64,000 nt of DNA from a virus: positions 32,001 through 96,000 of IMG/VR virus record IMGVR_UViG_3300045988_105168, one strand, 5' to 3'. A program made the position numbers and the translations under genes. The notes under the pieces were generated by a model. It saw only the letters and a list, made by a program, of their open reading frames with translations, ran no database searches and had not been told where the DNA came from. Shown one piece after another: positions 62,290-64,000 of the stretch. Position 1 is the first letter of the stretch. Every line of letters starts with the position of its first letter.

Positions 62290-63189
62290 ATGAATAAAGA
62301 AATATGCTTTAATTGTGGAAAAACAAAAGAGGACTATGAAAGTGCATATTGTGATAAATGTTGGGAAGAGGAACAAAAAAGACTTAATACTAGGAAATTA
62401 ACAATTAAAAATAAAGATAATAACAAATCAATAGAATTAGATTTTGATAGTTTAGATTTTGGTTTTGGAATTGGAGATTATTTTTATAATGGAAATTGTA
62501 CGGGTAGCCAAATAGGTTTTTGTTGGAACGAAGAACTAGGGCAAGAATATGTAGACCATATTTTTATGACCTTATATGTAGGCAATGAAGAAGAAAGCGA
62601 CTTATACAATTTAAATACTACATTAAAGAATTTAGATTTAAGTAAGCCATTAGAAATAGTTTTATCAAATATGGACTATGCAATATTTACAATGTGGTAT
62701 GACGAAACACATTGGGTTGGTTTTCATTATTATACTGACGAAGAAATAGCAGAAAGAGAAAAATTAAAAGATAGTGTAATTATTACATTAGACAAATCAT
62801 TACTAAATAATCAAGATATGGACTTCTTTCATTATGGTTATAGTTATGAACTAGGTGTATGCAAATATGGTAGCATTTGGTGTTGTAGCCGTGGAGAGTT
62901 AAAATGTGAGTATACTGACGGAGATATAAATACACGAAACTATGACGATATAATTAGATACTATGTTAGAAATAACGACGAATACTATAAAGCAGTTGAA
63001 AGTGGTAAATTATACTTTATGCTAGGTAATTGGTTTGAAATTGAATTTATTGATAATGAGGGTAATTATGTAGATAATATTTATGACGATACATTTGGAA
63101 GTATTGGAGAGTGCATTGATACATTACTACACGACCTACATAATGACGAAAAATTTATTGAAAAGTTTTTAGAAAATTCTACCATATAA
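62290..63189 (+). CDS. early protein with N-terminal zinc ribbon
   Basis: 299 aa, CFNCGK...CDKC. AGGAGG SD. Confidence 0.5.
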   Translation: MNKEICFNCGKTKEDYESAYCDKCWEEEQKRLNTRKLTIKNKDNNKSIELDFDSLDFGFGIGDYFYNGNCTGSQIGFCWNEELGQEYVDHIFMTLYVGNEEESDLYNLNTTLKNLDLSKPLEIVLSNMDYAIFTMWYDETHWVGFHYYTDEEIAEREKLKDSVIITLDKSLLNNQDMDFFHYGYSYELGVCKYGSIWCCSRGELKCEYTDGDINTRNYDDIIRYYVRNNDEYYKAVESGKLYFMLGNWFEIEFIDNEGNYVDNIYDDTFGSIGECIDTLLHDLHNDEKFIEKFLENSTI

Positions 63190-63206
63190 AAATCTTATGG
63201 TATAAT
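63176..63206 (+). promoter_or_regulatory. conserved early promoter, copy 8 (degenerate box overlapping the preceding stop)
   Basis: ATTCTACCATAT, TGgTATAAT, same 22-nt register, then ATAATTGTAAAA. Confidence 0.5.
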
Positions 63207-63253
63207 ATAATTGTAAAACAAAGAAACATTAATAAAATTAAGGAGGAAAAGAA

Positions 63254-63745
63254 ATGTTTAAAGTTTATTACAAAGGCAATGTAGTTGCAGAATATGAAAC
63301 AAAAGAAAGTTGTGGTACTTATATTCAAGAAGAGTTAAGATACAACAAAGAAATGAGAAGAGAAGATTTTGAGGTGTATGAGTTAGTAGAAAATACTTAT
63401 GGAGATAATATTAACGATTACTACGAAGAAGAAGTTGAAGAGTTGTTTGACGAAGAATATGAAGATAACGACGATAATGAAGAAGATTATGAGCCATTGG
63501 CAACATTAGTTGGTGTTGGTGTTAAAGATACCGAAAATGGTTTAAAGATTATGTTAGTAGGTACTGACGATAATGTATTAGGAGAATATGAATTAGTAAT
63601 GAATATTAGTGGTTATAAAGAAATACAATTATTCAATATTTGTTATGAAATTTCTAAAAATGTTAAAGATTTATATTATAATGTTAGAAGAATACCTACA
63701 CAAGAAGAAGTGTTAAATGTAGTTAGAGAAGTAATGGTAAAATAG
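63254..63745 (+). CDS. early protein with poly-acidic centre
   Basis: 163 aa, EEEVEELFDEEYEDNDDNEEDYE. AAGGAGG SD. Confidence 0.5.
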   Translation: MFKVYYKGNVVAEYETKESCGTYIQEELRYNKEMRREDFEVYELVENTYGDNINDYYEEEVEELFDEEYEDNDDNEEDYEPLATLVGVGVKDTENGLKIMLVGTDDNVLGEYELVMNISGYKEIQLFNICYEISKNVKDLYYNVRRIPTQEEVLNVVREVMVK

Positions 63746-63781
63746 CCATTACTCTCTATTACAATAATAAGGAGGAAAATT

Positions 63782-64000
63782 ATGTATCAAGAACTTATAG
63801 ATAAATGCAGACAAGCATATAAGAATAACAATATAGTTAGTGCATATCATTATTGGGAGCAAATTCACGAGTTGTTATCTAATAAACTAGAAGAGTGTAA
63901 AGAGGACGGAGAACAAAGGTGGAAGATATATGCAGAATATCACGATAGTATAATGCAAATTCCTAATCAAGAAGTATATGATATTACTGATTATGGAAAA
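63782..64000 (+). CDS. early protein, partial (runs off the window)
   Basis: Own translation MYQELIDKCRQAYKNNNIVSAYHYWEQIHELLSNKLEECKEDGEQRW... AAGGAGG SD. No stop before 64000. Confidence 0.5.
   Translation, partial: MYQELIDKCRQAYKNNNIVSAYHYWEQIHELLSNKLEECKEDGEQRWKIYAEYHDSIMQIPNQEVYDITDYGK

Noticed and set aside
51403-63206. The nine conserved about 35-55-nt elements as a CRISPR-like array.
   Set aside because: Spacing is irregular (about 0.1 to 4 kb) and filled with SD-led genes. Each element contains TGnTATAAT at fixed register. They are promoters.

Overview
AT-rich tailed-phage genome segment with low-GC Firmicutes/Clostridia-type signals: AGGAGG Shine-Dalgarno sites, TTGACA/TATAAT promoters and GTG/TTG starts. 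Bases 1-49199 are almost entirely minus-strand. In order they carry the head of a recombination operon (Sak4-like ATPase, NifS-like cysteine desulfurase) and a lysis cassette (holin, CHAP-SH3b-LysM endolysin). Next come a host-recognition locus with four tandem tail-collar fibre cassettes, distal-tail proteins and a 1605-aa tape measure. A non-structural island (RuvC-like resolvase, metallophosphoesterase) then splits the tail module, followed by major tail protein, connector proteins, major capsid, scaffold, portal and terminase. After that lie a second metallophosphoesterase, a YonO/RdRP-like two-barrel RNA polymerase, a dNMP kinase and a 5'-nucleotidase. The stretch ends with a reversed plus-strand two-gene island (helicase-like), a GHKL ATPase and about 20 small proteins. 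49.2-51.8 kb is an ORF-poor control region. It holds back-to-back consensus promoters, a 36-codon peptide gene, about 0.85 kb of visibly GC-richer structured non-coding DNA, a very AT-rich two-gene island and tandem repeats. 51.8-64 kb is a plus-strand early block of about 33 small genes served by nine copies of one conserved promoter. The most notable observation is three poly-G tracts (G9, G8, G10), the only such runs seen in the window, all within 1.4 kb of the fibre locus. Two split fibre-tip genes that would both be in frame at G9. The third sits in a strongly SD-led 13-codon leader ORF immediately upstream of an intrinsic terminator. Together these look like a hypermutable combinatorial switch for receptor-binding proteins. 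Other leads are a tandem-repeat, ORF-free transcript region downstream of an extra early-promoter copy, a tRNA acceptor/T-arm-like minihelix inside the tail module, and a phage-borne cysteine desulfurase. All calls come from reading the sequence and the ORF track by eye. No database search was run.
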